Below are positions 55,672-64,000 of a DNA stretch of 64,000 bases, piece by piece. The notes beneath the pieces were generated by a model. That model had not been told where the DNA came from, made no database searches, and worked only from the letters and a program-made list of their open reading frames with translations. The DNA lies in the NCBI GenBank assembly GCA_023700245.1, contig JAJPRE010000003.1, forward strand, positions 6,463 to 70,462, in the 5' to 3' direction. The position numbers and the translations under genes were made by a program. Within the stretch, counting starts at the first letter, position 1, and every line of letters starts with the position of its first letter. This stretch comes from Candidatus Thalassarchaeaceae archaeon (GTDB lineage Archaea; Thermoplasmatota; Poseidoniia; Poseidoniales; Thalassarchaeaceae).

Positions 55672-58221
55672 CTACTTATTAAATCCAGAACTTCTTATGA
55701 TTAATCTATTCATGATTTCTGAATTTCCATTTGATATCTCATTTTTTGAAAAATTTGGCCATCTCCCTATCGGTTGAGCTAACCAACCTACTAATTCATG
55801 GGACCTACCTCTTTTTGGGATAATGTTGTTAATTGAGCATTCTAATGCCTCATATAAGTCGATAACTGAATCACTTTCAAAATTGTTTTTTTCCTTAGTC
55901 AAATCCTTTATTATTGAATAGTCACATCCCGGATGCAGCATAGCCGAAACTCCAGGGGCATTATTTCTTTCACCCTCTGGTCTCAAAATTACTGCAGACC
56001 AAGGTAAATCCATCTTTAACATCCATTTCATCTTATCACTATTCAATGCTTCTTTTAATAACTTATGAGATACTATTGCCCACCAATCAATTGGCATTTC
56101 AAAGAGTATTAACTCTAAATCTTCTCTACTCAATTTCTTATCTTCTAATATTAAGTCTATCATATTGGACCATATCTTAAATTCATTATTTGGATTAAGC
56201 GTTAGATTTTTATTTTTCAATTTAATCATCATTTGATCTACGACGCTCCTCTGTTGAAATTTCCTCATATAAAGCCAATAAATTCCCTTGATTGCTGGAA
56301 GTGAATTAAGAGGGGGATTCACTATCCATGCATTTATGGCCCAATCTCTCATATCTTCATGCATCGAATCGGGCATCCAAGCAGCGTTAGCAAGGAATTG
56401 TGCCGCTAACCATGATACTCCTTTTGATGCATCTATGGAATCAATTGCAGGCCTTGATCTGAGAAAAATATCTGGATCTTCTCTTAATTTTTTTTTCATT
56501 GCTTCTGAAAGAATTTTTAATACAGAAGACGGCGCTTCATTGGCAACTTCAATAACTTTTTCAATTGGTAGATAGTTTAAATCAAGTAATGCCAACCATT
56601 CAGGATCAAGCCTATTCCTCAATCTTTGCCATCTTGGCCATCTCATTATTGGTGGTGATGATATCCAAGATGCCAATGGGTATCTTGCTTCTACTTGATT
56701 TGCCCATTCTTCATCGCCAAGTGGATACTGGGAAATTGATGATTTAATTATCGAAAAATATTCATCATCTAAATCCTGCGGAATAAATTCATTTTTAATA
56801 TCGATGCCCATTATTTTCCAAGGAGTTATCGAAATTTTATTTAACAAATCATCCTGATTACTTTGATATTTACTTTCTATTAATTTTAATGGAATTTCGC
56901 CTTCTTTAGTTGAGTAATTTAACCAAGGAAGTGGTCTAAATTGGCCAATATCTAACTTATCATAGCTTTCAAATTGGGATATTTGTTTTTCTATTATTAT
57001 TAGCCGTACATTCGGATGCGATTCTATTAATGACAAAGTCCTTTCAGATAAATCTATTTTTATATCAAGAACTAAGGGCATTCTACTTTCATGTTTTATT
57101 GACCAATTAATTAGAGATTCAATTGAATTTTTCTTTATTCCTCTCACATCTATATTCTTAGAATATTCATCCTTAGAGAAATTACTAACTCCCCAATCTT
57201 TCCTGAATTTTCTCCATGTTGAATCTGAAACTCTAATTTGTCTATTTTTTGTTACTTTATCTTTTAATGCAACAAGTCTCTTCTTTCGCTCTTGAATAGA
57301 TATCCTGGGATGAGATAACTCTATCCAATAGTCAAGTGAATCTAGGGGATACGTCGTATCTTCTGGTTCTAAGCCTCTTAAATCTCCAATCAATAATGCA
57401 TTTGGTTTTGCTGTTCTTAGTAACATCGACTTATACAGGCTGTCCGTTAAAATTCCAACAATTGGTTCCTTTGGCCTAATTCTGGGAATCATACTGTGGC
57501 ATTCTCCAAGCGTCCAAATACCCCGATGATAGGAGCTCTCTGTAAGGGGAGATCTTGGTTTTTCCTTAGAATGATTAAACCATTTTCCCATGGAAGATGA
57601 TGTTGTCACTTTATCATTCAATATTTTTCCCCTGATTATTCCTATTATCTGTGGCTTCTCAATGTAGGAATCAATGCTCTCAGGATTTAGATTTTTAGGT
57701 TCCACATTGCTTATTTGCATAGTATCTAAATTAAACCAGCGCAAACTGCCTTCATTTAATGTAGCCCAGTGCCATAATGCCCCTTCGTTTCCACTGGAAT
57801 CAGGTAATCTATCTGGGATCATAATCATGGGGGTTTTCGGACGATTTAGAAATGTAAAAAGAATATCAGTTCCTTCTCTATAAATTATGCTATATTTTTT
57901 AGTATCATTAGGCAATGGTAAGGCTACCAATGCCCTAGCCCATTCATCAGAATATAGTGAATTCCATCCTGATGGAGTTAAGCTAATCTTAGCACCTCTT
58001 GTCCCAGTAATCAAGTCACTGGAAACAAGTCCCTCATCTCGCATTTTTCTTATTTCGGCTGAAGCATGAGGTACCCTTAAATCTACTAAATCCGCCAATT
58101 TACTAACTGTTTCTTCTTTTTCGGAAAGCCTAATCATCAATCTTAAACGATGCTTACTTCTGATACTTTTTGGTGTAATTATTTCATCTCCTGTTGAGAT
58201 GTTACCGAAATGATTTGACAC
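55672..58221 (-). CDS. Large (849 aa) protein with an N-terminal winged helix-turn-helix; the remainder has no recognisable family
   Basis: GTG start with GAGGAG 8 nt upstream. Residues ~25-85 (LRLMIRLSEKEETVSKLADLVDLRVPHASAEIRKMRDEGLVSS....GAKISLTPSG) look like an ArsR/MarR-type wHTH. The rest is Trp-rich, with no motif I recognise. Confidence 0.6.
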   Translation of the reverse strand: MSNHFGNISTGDEIITPKSIRSKHRLRLMIRLSEKEETVSKLADLVDLRVPHASAEIRKMRDEGLVSSDLITGTRGAKISLTPSGWNSLYSDEWARALVALPLPNDTKKYSIIYREGTDILFTFLNRPKTPMIMIPDRLPDSSGNEGALWHWATLNEGSLRWFNLDTMQISNVEPKNLNPESIDSYIEKPQIIGIIRGKILNDKVTTSSSMGKWFNHSKEKPRSPLTESSYHRGIWTLGECHSMIPRIRPKEPIVGILTDSLYKSMLLRTAKPNALLIGDLRGLEPEDTTYPLDSLDYWIELSHPRISIQERKKRLVALKDKVTKNRQIRVSDSTWRKFRKDWGVSNFSKDEYSKNIDVRGIKKNSIESLINWSIKHESRMPLVLDIKIDLSERTLSLIESHPNVRLIIIEKQISQFESYDKLDIGQFRPLPWLNYSTKEGEIPLKLIESKYQSNQDDLLNKISITPWKIMGIDIKNEFIPQDLDDEYFSIIKSSISQYPLGDEEWANQVEARYPLASWISSPPIMRWPRWQRLRNRLDPEWLALLDLNYLPIEKVIEVANEAPSSVLKILSEAMKKKLREDPDIFLRSRPAIDSIDASKGVSWLAAQFLANAAWMPDSMHEDMRDWAINAWIVNPPLNSLPAIKGIYWLYMRKFQQRSVVDQMMIKLKNKNLTLNPNNEFKIWSNMIDLILEDKKLSREDLELILFEMPIDWWAIVSHKLLKEALNSDKMKWMLKMDLPWSAVILRPEGERNNAPGVSAMLHPGCDYSIIKDLTKEKNNFESDSVIDLYEALECSINNIIPKRGRSHELVGWLAQPIGRWPNFSKNEISNGNSEIMNRLIIRSSGFNK

Positions 58222-58478
58222 TAATTTACTCCTCTGAATTAATCTAAATCAATTATGTGTATAATATTTACTGTTATAGTTACAATATGTTAAGTATTTC
58301 TCTTGGAAATCTTATGCCTATTTAATTATGAAGTTTAAACATGTTAAATATACTACATTTTTCACAACATAATGTAACTACCGATGGTAATAATATACAG
58401 AAGCATTATATCACCCCCCGCTCTCCTGAGCAACATGGTTAGTTTAGGCGGACTGTATCACTAAGGTAGGCAGTCATT

Positions 58479-58739
58479 ATGGAAATAGAAATTGTACGTA
58501 AGAGTATTAGAAATTTCCTAAATAATAAACCAAGGAATACTGCAGAAATTTCATCTTGGTTATCTCAAATGAATATTTCTCTTAATTTGGATTTAGCAAA
58601 ATTTCTCGAAGATGATGATTTTATTATCCGCATTGGCGAAGTACGTAACAGCGGTGTCATAGATCCTTCATATTCACTTTCAGAGTGGGCCACGATGGAT
58701 TGGACTGACCATCACGGAAGGAAGTCAGAAATTAATTAA
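58479..58739 (+). CDS. Small winged-helix-like protein, paralog A
   Basis: 86 aa. The pattern IRNFL...NTAEISSWL......L..FL.DDDFIIRIG......Y.LSEW parallels the downstream ORF. Confidence 0.5.
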   Translation: MEIEIVRKSIRNFLNNKPRNTAEISSWLSQMNISLNLDLAKFLEDDDFIIRIGEVRNSGVIDPSYSLSEWATMDWTDHHGRKSEIN

Positions 58740-58744
58740 TTTGA

Positions 58745-59020
58745 ATGGAGTTTAAGAATATGAGAACAACAAGATTAAGACAAAAAATAAAAAAATTTTT
58801 AGATTTAAGGGGAGAAGCAAATACTACTGAAATTTTAGAACATGTTAATTCTACTATGAGGCATGGGACTACTCCTCAACAACTTGGAAATGTTTTATCT
58901 AAGGATAAGGACATCCTTAAAATTGCTACTACTAAAAGAGGTGGGGCATTATCTGGTAGATATGAGATATGTGTCTGGCAATTAAGGCCTGGTACTTTGG
59001 AATCTGAAAATAATATATGA
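58745..59020 (+). CDS. Small winged-helix-like protein, paralog B
   Basis: 91 aa. IKKFL...ANTTEILEHV......TPQQLGNVLSKDKDILKIA...GG...YEICVW shows helix-turn-helix plus wing spacing and aligns with paralog A. Confidence 0.5.
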   Translation: MEFKNMRTTRLRQKIKKFLDLRGEANTTEILEHVNSTMRHGTTPQQLGNVLSKDKDILKIATTKRGGALSGRYEICVWQLRPGTLESENNI

Positions 59021-59022
59021 GA

Positions 59023-60030
59023 TCATTCTAGTTCCGGATTCCATTCACCAGTTCTAGCTTTATGATTCATAAAGGCCCTCTTGAGGAAAGCCCTTTGGCT
59101 GGATAGTGGTGTTCCTTCTGCCCATTCCTTTAATGCAGCAGCCTGTAATGCTCTACCGTAGGAATATGATAATTCCCAAGGATATCCATCATTCATTTTA
59201 TTCATCATATTGAGGTGCGCTGTTGCATCTTCATCAGATTGTCCACCTGAAAGAAAAGCAACTCCTGCAAGCTCTTTTGGAACATTCTCAATTAGGCACT
59301 TCACTGTTAAGTTTGCAACTTCTTCTCTTGTTATTTCTTCTGAACTATTAATGCCAGGCAATATCATATTTGGCTTTAATATTGCTCCTGGGAGGTGAAC
59401 TCCTTGTATTGAACATTCTAAAAATGTCATTGCTAATACCTTTGAGGTAATATCAAAGCATATTTTGGAAGAATGATTGCCATCCATCAAAACCTCCGGC
59501 TCAATTATTGGCACCAATCCCTGCTCTTGACATATTGCAGCATATCTGGCTAATGCATGCGCATTGACTTTGATACATGCTTCACTAGGAATATTATCTG
59601 AAATTTTTATAACTGCCCTCCATTTTGCGAATCTAGCACCTAATTTGTAATAATTAATACATCTTTCCCTTAAATTATCCAATCCTTCGGTAATTTTTTC
59701 CCCTTTATGATTAGCTAATTCTTTCGCTCCTGTGTCGACCTTAATTCCGGGATAAACTCCTCTTTGTATCATTGCTTCCGGTATTGTATCGCCATTATCC
59801 ATTAATTGCGTAATAGTTTCATCATAAAGTATGATGCCGCTAATTGAATTCTCATAACCCGGAGATGAAAAAAGATTTACTCTATATTCTCTCCTGCTAA
59901 TTTCAGATGCTTTAATTCCTACGGCCTCCAATCGATTTGACATGGTTCCATTACTTTCATCAGCGGCTAAAATTCCTTTCCCTTCAGCAACTAAATCATT
60001 CGCAATCTTCTCTAAACTGTTAATATTCAT
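59023..60030 (-). CDS. fba: Fructose-bisphosphate aldolase, class I
   Basis: GKGILAADESNGTMSNRLE, PGIKVDTG (the lysine region) and LSGGQSDEDAT are the class I FBA pattern. Length is 335 aa. Confidence 0.88.
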   Translation of the reverse strand: MNINSLEKIANDLVAEGKGILAADESNGTMSNRLEAVGIKASEISRREYRVNLFSSPGYENSISGIILYDETITQLMDNGDTIPEAMIQRGVYPGIKVDTGAKELANHKGEKITEGLDNLRERCINYYKLGARFAKWRAVIKISDNIPSEACIKVNAHALARYAAICQEQGLVPIIEPEVLMDGNHSSKICFDITSKVLAMTFLECSIQGVHLPGAILKPNMILPGINSSEEITREEVANLTVKCLIENVPKELAGVAFLSGGQSDEDATAHLNMMNKMNDGYPWELSYSYGRALQAAALKEWAEGTPLSSQRAFLKRAFMNHKARTGEWNPELE

Positions 60031-60092
60031 GCTATCCCTATCTTGCCGGAAATGGACTTAGGAAATGAATCCATCGTTCTAGATTGATCTTT

Positions 60093-61040
60093 TTATCTTT
60101 CAGAAGTCAATATTTTATGTTCATTGTTATGAACATCTATGATTTCAGATTGGACTATATATTTTCCATTTTCATCCTTTTTAACTCCATTAGTTCTGCC
60201 ATCACAAACTCCAGTACCGATGAATATCGCATCATTAGATGAACATAATTCGTCTCGATCCCAAATTTTTTCTATATCTCCATCTATCATTTTCTCTGCT
60301 CTTTCTCTATGTCCTTCATTTTTAAATACTAATCTACCTTCAAATGGTGCATTCAACCCTCTTAATGCAGTTGCCGTAATTACGCCTTCAGGTGCTGCAC
60401 CTATGCCCATCAACATATCAATCTCTGAATTAGGATCAGCAGCATCTAGAGCTGCGGAAACATCTCCATCTCCAATTAATCTGATATCGACATTATATTC
60501 TTTCAATTCTTTTATCAATTCAATATGTCTTGGTCTGTCCATAACTACTACTTTCAACTCGCTTGAATTTTTACCCAATGCTGAGCATGCAGCCTCAATA
60601 TTGTATGATGCGCCTGCGCCTAAACTAATTTCCCCAATAAGTTCCGAAGATCCGGCTATTTTGTCCATATAGCAATCTGGTGCATGCAATAACTCTCCTC
60701 TTGGCGCGGCTGCAAGAACTGCCATTGCATTGGGTAAGTTATATGCTACATGATTAGTACATTCTAAGGGATCTACGGCTATATCTATGGAAATTGCCTC
60801 AGGGACTCCTTGCATGGATCCCAATGGCTCTCCGATCCATAACATGGGAGCATCATCTCTTTCGCCCTCTCCAATCGCCACTCTTCCATCAAATGGGACA
60901 GTATCGAATACTTTTCTCATGGCTTCAACAGCTGCTCCATCCGCTGCTTTACCGTCGTTACGTCCAATCCATGCCGCAGCAGCTATTGCCGCAGATTCTG
61001 TTGCCTCCAGAAAATACTTCTCCAAGTCCCTTGTTAACAT
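60093..61040 (-). CDS. glpX: Fructose-1,6-bisphosphatase class II (GlpX)
   Basis: ATESAAIAAAAWIGRNDGKAADGAAVEAMR, IGEGERDDAPML, DIAVDPLECT, DGDVSAAL and GIGAAPEGV align closely with E. coli GlpX as I recall it. Confidence 0.92.
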   Translation of the reverse strand: MLTRDLEKYFLEATESAAIAAAAWIGRNDGKAADGAAVEAMRKVFDTVPFDGRVAIGEGERDDAPMLWIGEPLGSMQGVPEAISIDIAVDPLECTNHVAYNLPNAMAVLAAAPRGELLHAPDCYMDKIAGSSELIGEISLGAGASYNIEAACSALGKNSSELKVVVMDRPRHIELIKELKEYNVDIRLIGDGDVSAALDAADPNSEIDMLMGIGAAPEGVITATALRGLNAPFEGRLVFKNEGHRERAEKMIDGDIEKIWDRDELCSSNDAIFIGTGVCDGRTNGVKKDENGKYIVQSEIIDVHNNEHKILTSER

Positions 61041-61064
61041 GCTTACCGCATAGCGACTAGGAAT

Positions 61065-61523
61065 TCAATTGTGCGGTTGCTGTTTATTCTTTTCTAAAAT
61101 TTTAATATTAACAATTTGTGTATCTGGATATTGGCCATCTATATTTTTTTCATTAGATTTTAGCATATCCCATGCACACAATAATCCTGCCGTGACACCA
61201 CACAAAGCCTCCATTTCAACTCCAGTATTCCAATGAGAAATGACTGAAACTGTGCATCTTAAATGACTTTCTTCAATATTCCATTTTACATTACAGCCCT
61301 CTATCGGTATTGTGTGGCAATGAGGAATCATCCGAGGAGTATCTTTCACTGCTTGAATTGCAGCAACAGTGGAGGCCTCACGAACATCTCCTTTACTAGT
61401 TCTTCCAAATTCAATCAAATCTATTGATTCTTTATTCAATTTGATTAAGCCTGTTGCAATTGCAGACCTTTTTACCTTGGGTTTTGAACTAATGTCAATG
61501 ATGCCATCCAAACCTTTACTCAT
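61065..61523 (-). CDS. moaC: Cyclic pyranopterin monophosphate synthase accessory protein MoaC
   Basis: KGDVREASTVAAIQAVKDTPRMIPHCH and EMEALCGVTAGLLCAWDMLK are MoaC signatures. Confidence 0.9.
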   Translation of the reverse strand: MSKGLDGIIDISSKPKVKRSAIATGLIKLNKESIDLIEFGRTSKGDVREASTVAAIQAVKDTPRMIPHCHTIPIEGCNVKWNIEESHLRCTVSVISHWNTGVEMEALCGVTAGLLCAWDMLKSNEKNIDGQYPDTQIVNIKILEKNKQQPHN

Positions 61524-61602
61524 AATATCGTTTCTAGTAACGTGGACATATATTTGAATATTTATAAAAATAGACTAGTTTTATAGATTTTAACTATAAT
61601 TT

Positions 61603-62127
61603 CTAACCTAAACCCTTTTTCCAAATAACTCCATCTTCTCTTACTTCTTTTTTCCACAATGGTGCTTGATTTTTTAACTCATCAATTAGCCAACTGCATG
61701 CCATAAAACCTTCCTTTCTATGTGTTGATGCAACGTGGATACAAACAATAGGTTCCTTCGGACTCACCCTTCCAATCCGATGTGAAATAACTACTTTTTT
61801 AACTCCAAATTTTTCGATAGATTCATCACCTAACCTTTTTAGTATATTTGGTAATTTTTCTTCCCATGCATCAAAAATTAACTCTCTTATTTTTATTGAA
61901 TTTTCAATCCCTCTTGTCAAGCCTATGAATGAAACTATGCTGCCACAATCCTCTGAATCTATCATTTTTCTTAACTCATCTGGCTCAAGTTTGTCAGATT
62001 CTATTGTTATTATTACGTCCTTCACGTTACTCCCATGGTACGCTGAGACTTGAATACAGCGGAAATTACCCAATTGTTGAAGTTTAGAACTTCCTCCGTC
62101 ATATCTATGGACAATGCTCCCTTCCAT
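61603..62127 (-). CDS. moaE: Molybdopterin synthase catalytic subunit MoaE (N-terminus uncertain)
   Basis: GSIVSFIGLTRG, ISHRIGRV.PKEPIVCIHVASTHRKEGF and APLWKKE are MoaE motifs. The listed start overlaps the divergent neighbouring gene, so the true start is probably internal. Confidence 0.8.
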   Translation of the reverse strand: MEGSIVHRYDGGSSKLQQLGNFRCIQVSAYHGSNVKDVIITIESDKLEPDELRKMIDSEDCGSIVSFIGLTRGIENSIKIRELIFDAWEEKLPNILKRLGDESIEKFGVKKVVISHRIGRVSPKEPIVCIHVASTHRKEGFMACSWLIDELKNQAPLWKKEVREDGVIWKKGLG

Positions 62128-63333
62128 ATCTTAGGGGCGGGACTTTCTGGACTTTCAGCAGCAACAATATTGGCAAATGCCGGGAAAGAAGTACATGTAT
62201 ATGATGTCAGGAAAGACAGTGGCGCTCGTTTTGATGGAGATTTTCAAGGTATCGAGAATTGGACATCAGCTCCAGATTTTTTTGATGAAATGAAGCAGTG
62301 GGGTCTCAAGCCCGATTACTTCAAGTCTAACAGTTTTGATATGGTAGATTTAGCACATCCTGATGACGTAATTACTCAACCTAAAACAGAATCTATAGCA
62401 TTCAGAGTTGTCGAAAGAGGTACAGATGAACATTGCATTGATCAAGGCATGAAGCGTATGGCAATAGAGGCCGGAGTAAAAATACATTATGGAGTGCGTA
62501 AATCTCCAGATGAATGCGACATTATAGCCGCAGGTCCAAAAGAATCCAGTGCTGTTGCATTTGGTGAAATTTTTCATACTGATCATCCTAACCATGTAAC
62601 TTTACAATTAAATGATAAATTAGCACCAGGGGCTTATTCTTATCTAATAATAATAGATGGAATTGGACTGATTTGTACCTGCTTATGGCGAAAACAAAAG
62701 AAAAGTAGCCGTTATTTGAATGAAACTATTGCATGGTACGAAGATAGATACGAATTAAATCGAAAACCAATAAAGAGAGTAGGGGGGAAAGGAGATTTTT
62801 CACTCCCCAAAAAATATGTTCACAAAGGTCGTTACTACGTTGGTGAAGCAGGCGGATTACAGGATTTTATGTGGGGTTTTGGCATGAGATATGCCATCAC
62901 AAGCGGCGTATTAGCAGCCAAAGGAATACTTGGAGAATGCGATTATGAATTGGAAATTCGTAAGAGGCTAATACCTCTTGTTAAATCTAGTGCCACTAAT
63001 CGCTTTTTATTAAACAGAATTGGAGACAGAGGATTTAAATTAGCTGCTAGATATTGGATGTGGGACCAAAAACGAAAAGGAGATGGTCTAGCATTTCTTA
63101 GATGGCTTTATTCGCCCGGAATTTTTCGTAAATTATTGTGGCCTATTGTAAAGTTAAGTATGTTAAAGAAAAAAGAACTTCCCGATGGCCGTATAGTAAA
63201 CCATATGCCATTTAGGAAGGCGCTTAAGAGAGATATTTGGGACCCAAGTCCAGCGGCTTTGGAAATTGGTAAACAATGGGACCAAGTAAGGAAATCTGGT
63301 GCTCATTTATCATTTACTGAATCCGATACTTGA
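62107..63333 (+). CDS. FAD-dependent oxidoreductase (geranylgeranyl-reductase/monooxygenase-like)
   Basis: The dinucleotide-binding motif is HILGAGLSGLSAATILANAGKEVHVYD. GEAGGLQDFMWGFGMRYA is the GD-like motif. The start is set at the internal Met (62107). Confidence 0.7.
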   Translation: MDNAPFHILGAGLSGLSAATILANAGKEVHVYDVRKDSGARFDGDFQGIENWTSAPDFFDEMKQWGLKPDYFKSNSFDMVDLAHPDDVITQPKTESIAFRVVERGTDEHCIDQGMKRMAIEAGVKIHYGVRKSPDECDIIAAGPKESSAVAFGEIFHTDHPNHVTLQLNDKLAPGAYSYLIIIDGIGLICTCLWRKQKKSSRYLNETIAWYEDRYELNRKPIKRVGGKGDFSLPKKYVHKGRYYVGEAGGLQDFMWGFGMRYAITSGVLAAKGILGECDYELEIRKRLIPLVKSSATNRFLLNRIGDRGFKLAARYWMWDQKRKGDGLAFLRWLYSPGIFRKLLWPIVKLSMLKKKELPDGRIVNHMPFRKALKRDIWDPSPAALEIGKQWDQVRKSGAHLSFTESDT

Positions 63334-63387
63334 TGTGTGACCTATATTTTCCGTTTGATTGAAATAACCCATCATATTCCCATTATC

Positions 63388-64000
63388 ATGACTTCTTGGC
63401 CCGAACTAAAATCAATGCCTAATAATTTGGTTAATTATGGAGTAACAGATAATGGTATTGCCATTATAGAACTAATATCTGACACTGATGGAAAACCTCT
63501 TACCGAAGGAAGAACCTCTGTTAATACTTACACGCGTGAAATGTGGGAAGATATAGATCAAGCTATTTTGAATGCTCGTTTTGATGGTGATGTTTCTGTA
63601 ATATTATTGACAGGCCATGGGGCCAAATTCTTTTCAGCAGGAGCAAGTATAAATTATCTAAATACATTATCTCCAAGATACAAGTATTTCTTCTGCTTGC
63701 ATGCTAACGAAACTCTTTCCCGCCTCGAGCAAACTCCAAAATTAGTTATTGCTGCATTGAATGGCCATACCGTAGGAGGGGGACTCGAAATTGCTATGGC
63801 AGCAGATATAAGGATAGCACACAAAGGAAATTTCCAAATTGGATTACCTGAAGTCTCTCTAGGGGTACTTGCAGGAACTGGCGGAACCGCTCGATTAGCC
63901 CGCTTGGTAGGTAAAGCAAGAGCAATGGAAATAATGGTTACAGGTAGAAAATTTTCATTTGAAGAGGCAAGAGATATGGACTTAGTACATGATATATATG
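63388..64000 (+). CDS. Enoyl-CoA hydratase/isomerase (crotonase) family protein; 3' end lies outside the window
   Basis: This ORF is not in the supplied track because it is open at the window edge. My translation from ATG 63388 gives MTSWPELK...ILLTGHGAKFFSAGASI...ALNGHTVGGGLEIAMAADIRIA...GLPEVSLGVLAGTGGTARLARLVG, a clear crotonase fold signature. Confidence 0.85.
   Translation, partial: MTSWPELKSMPNNLVNYGVTDNGIAIIELISDTDGKPLTEGRTSVNTYTREMWEDIDQAILNARFDGDVSVILLTGHGAKFFSAGASINYLNTLSPRYKYFFCLHANETLSRLEQTPKLVIAALNGHTVGGGLEIAMAADIRIAHKGNFQIGLPEVSLGVLAGTGGTARLARLVGKARAMEIMVTGRKFSFEEARDMDLVHDIY

Noticed and set aside
138-61557. Many 60-190 aa ORFs in the track lie antisense to, or out of frame within, confidently identified genes. 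Examples are 138..425, 7371..7808, 8797..9186, 13922..14374, 19194..19634, 23507..23878, 25560..25997, 31531..32115, 60139..60672 and 60787..61060.
   Set aside because: Each is fully embedded in a gene with strong family motifs on the other strand or frame. Their translations are low-complexity or Ser/Ile/Leu-rich, as expected from reading AT-rich coding DNA in the wrong frame, and none shows a recognisable motif.
1-64000. A search by eye for CRISPR arrays, transposases, integrases, prophage genes, toxin-antitoxin pairs or known defence genes, including next to the three tRNA genes.
   Set aside because: I saw no regularly spaced direct repeats. No ORF has a transposase, integrase, Cas or restriction-like motif. 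The flanks of the tRNA genes hold ordinary housekeeping genes, so there is no support for a mobile or defence island.

Overview
This is an AT-rich, coding-dense archaeal chromosomal window. I found no rRNA genes, CRISPR arrays, transposases, integrases or inteins. The archaeal assignment rests on the gene set. It includes RFC small subunit, RPA plus an RPA-associated protein, PCNA, Orc1/Cdc6, TFS, pelota, GatD and a nop5-fibrillarin pair. It also has a complete A1AO ATP synthase operon (H-I-K-E-C-F-A-B-D), an archaeal-type PPAT fused to DUF359 dephospho-CoA kinase, and a tRNA-Met whose intron sits in a canonical bulge-helix-bulge motif. Several metabolic and repair genes are bacterial-type: RNase PH, Fpg/Nei, a CysJ-like diflavin reductase, class I FBP aldolase, GlpX, formate-THF ligase, acyl-CoA carboxylase parts and Moco biosynthesis genes. 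This mix would fit a planktonic Thermoplasmatota-like (Marine Group II-like) euryarchaeote, but that placement is inference only. Three tRNAs are supported: Met-CAT with a 77-nt intron, Phe-GAA and Gly-TCC. The signals most worth a second look are: (1) a roughly 290-nt GC-rich, ORF-free, hairpin-rich island at 55333-55620 with repeated GAUGA (K-turn-like) motifs and ACA tails, whose RNA family I could not assign; (2) an 849-aa protein with an N-terminal winged helix, divergent from two tandem paralogous small winged-helix proteins across a palindrome-rich AT-rich spacer; (3) C/D-box-like spacing inside the long tRNA-Met intron; (4) a possible divergent fluoride-riboswitch-like leader upstream of crcB; (5) several divergent or degenerate proteins (M50-like giant glycoprotein, EF-Tu-like pseudo-GTPase, HemC-like scaffold, TBP-fold-like protein). 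All product calls come from reading the translations by eye; no database search was run.
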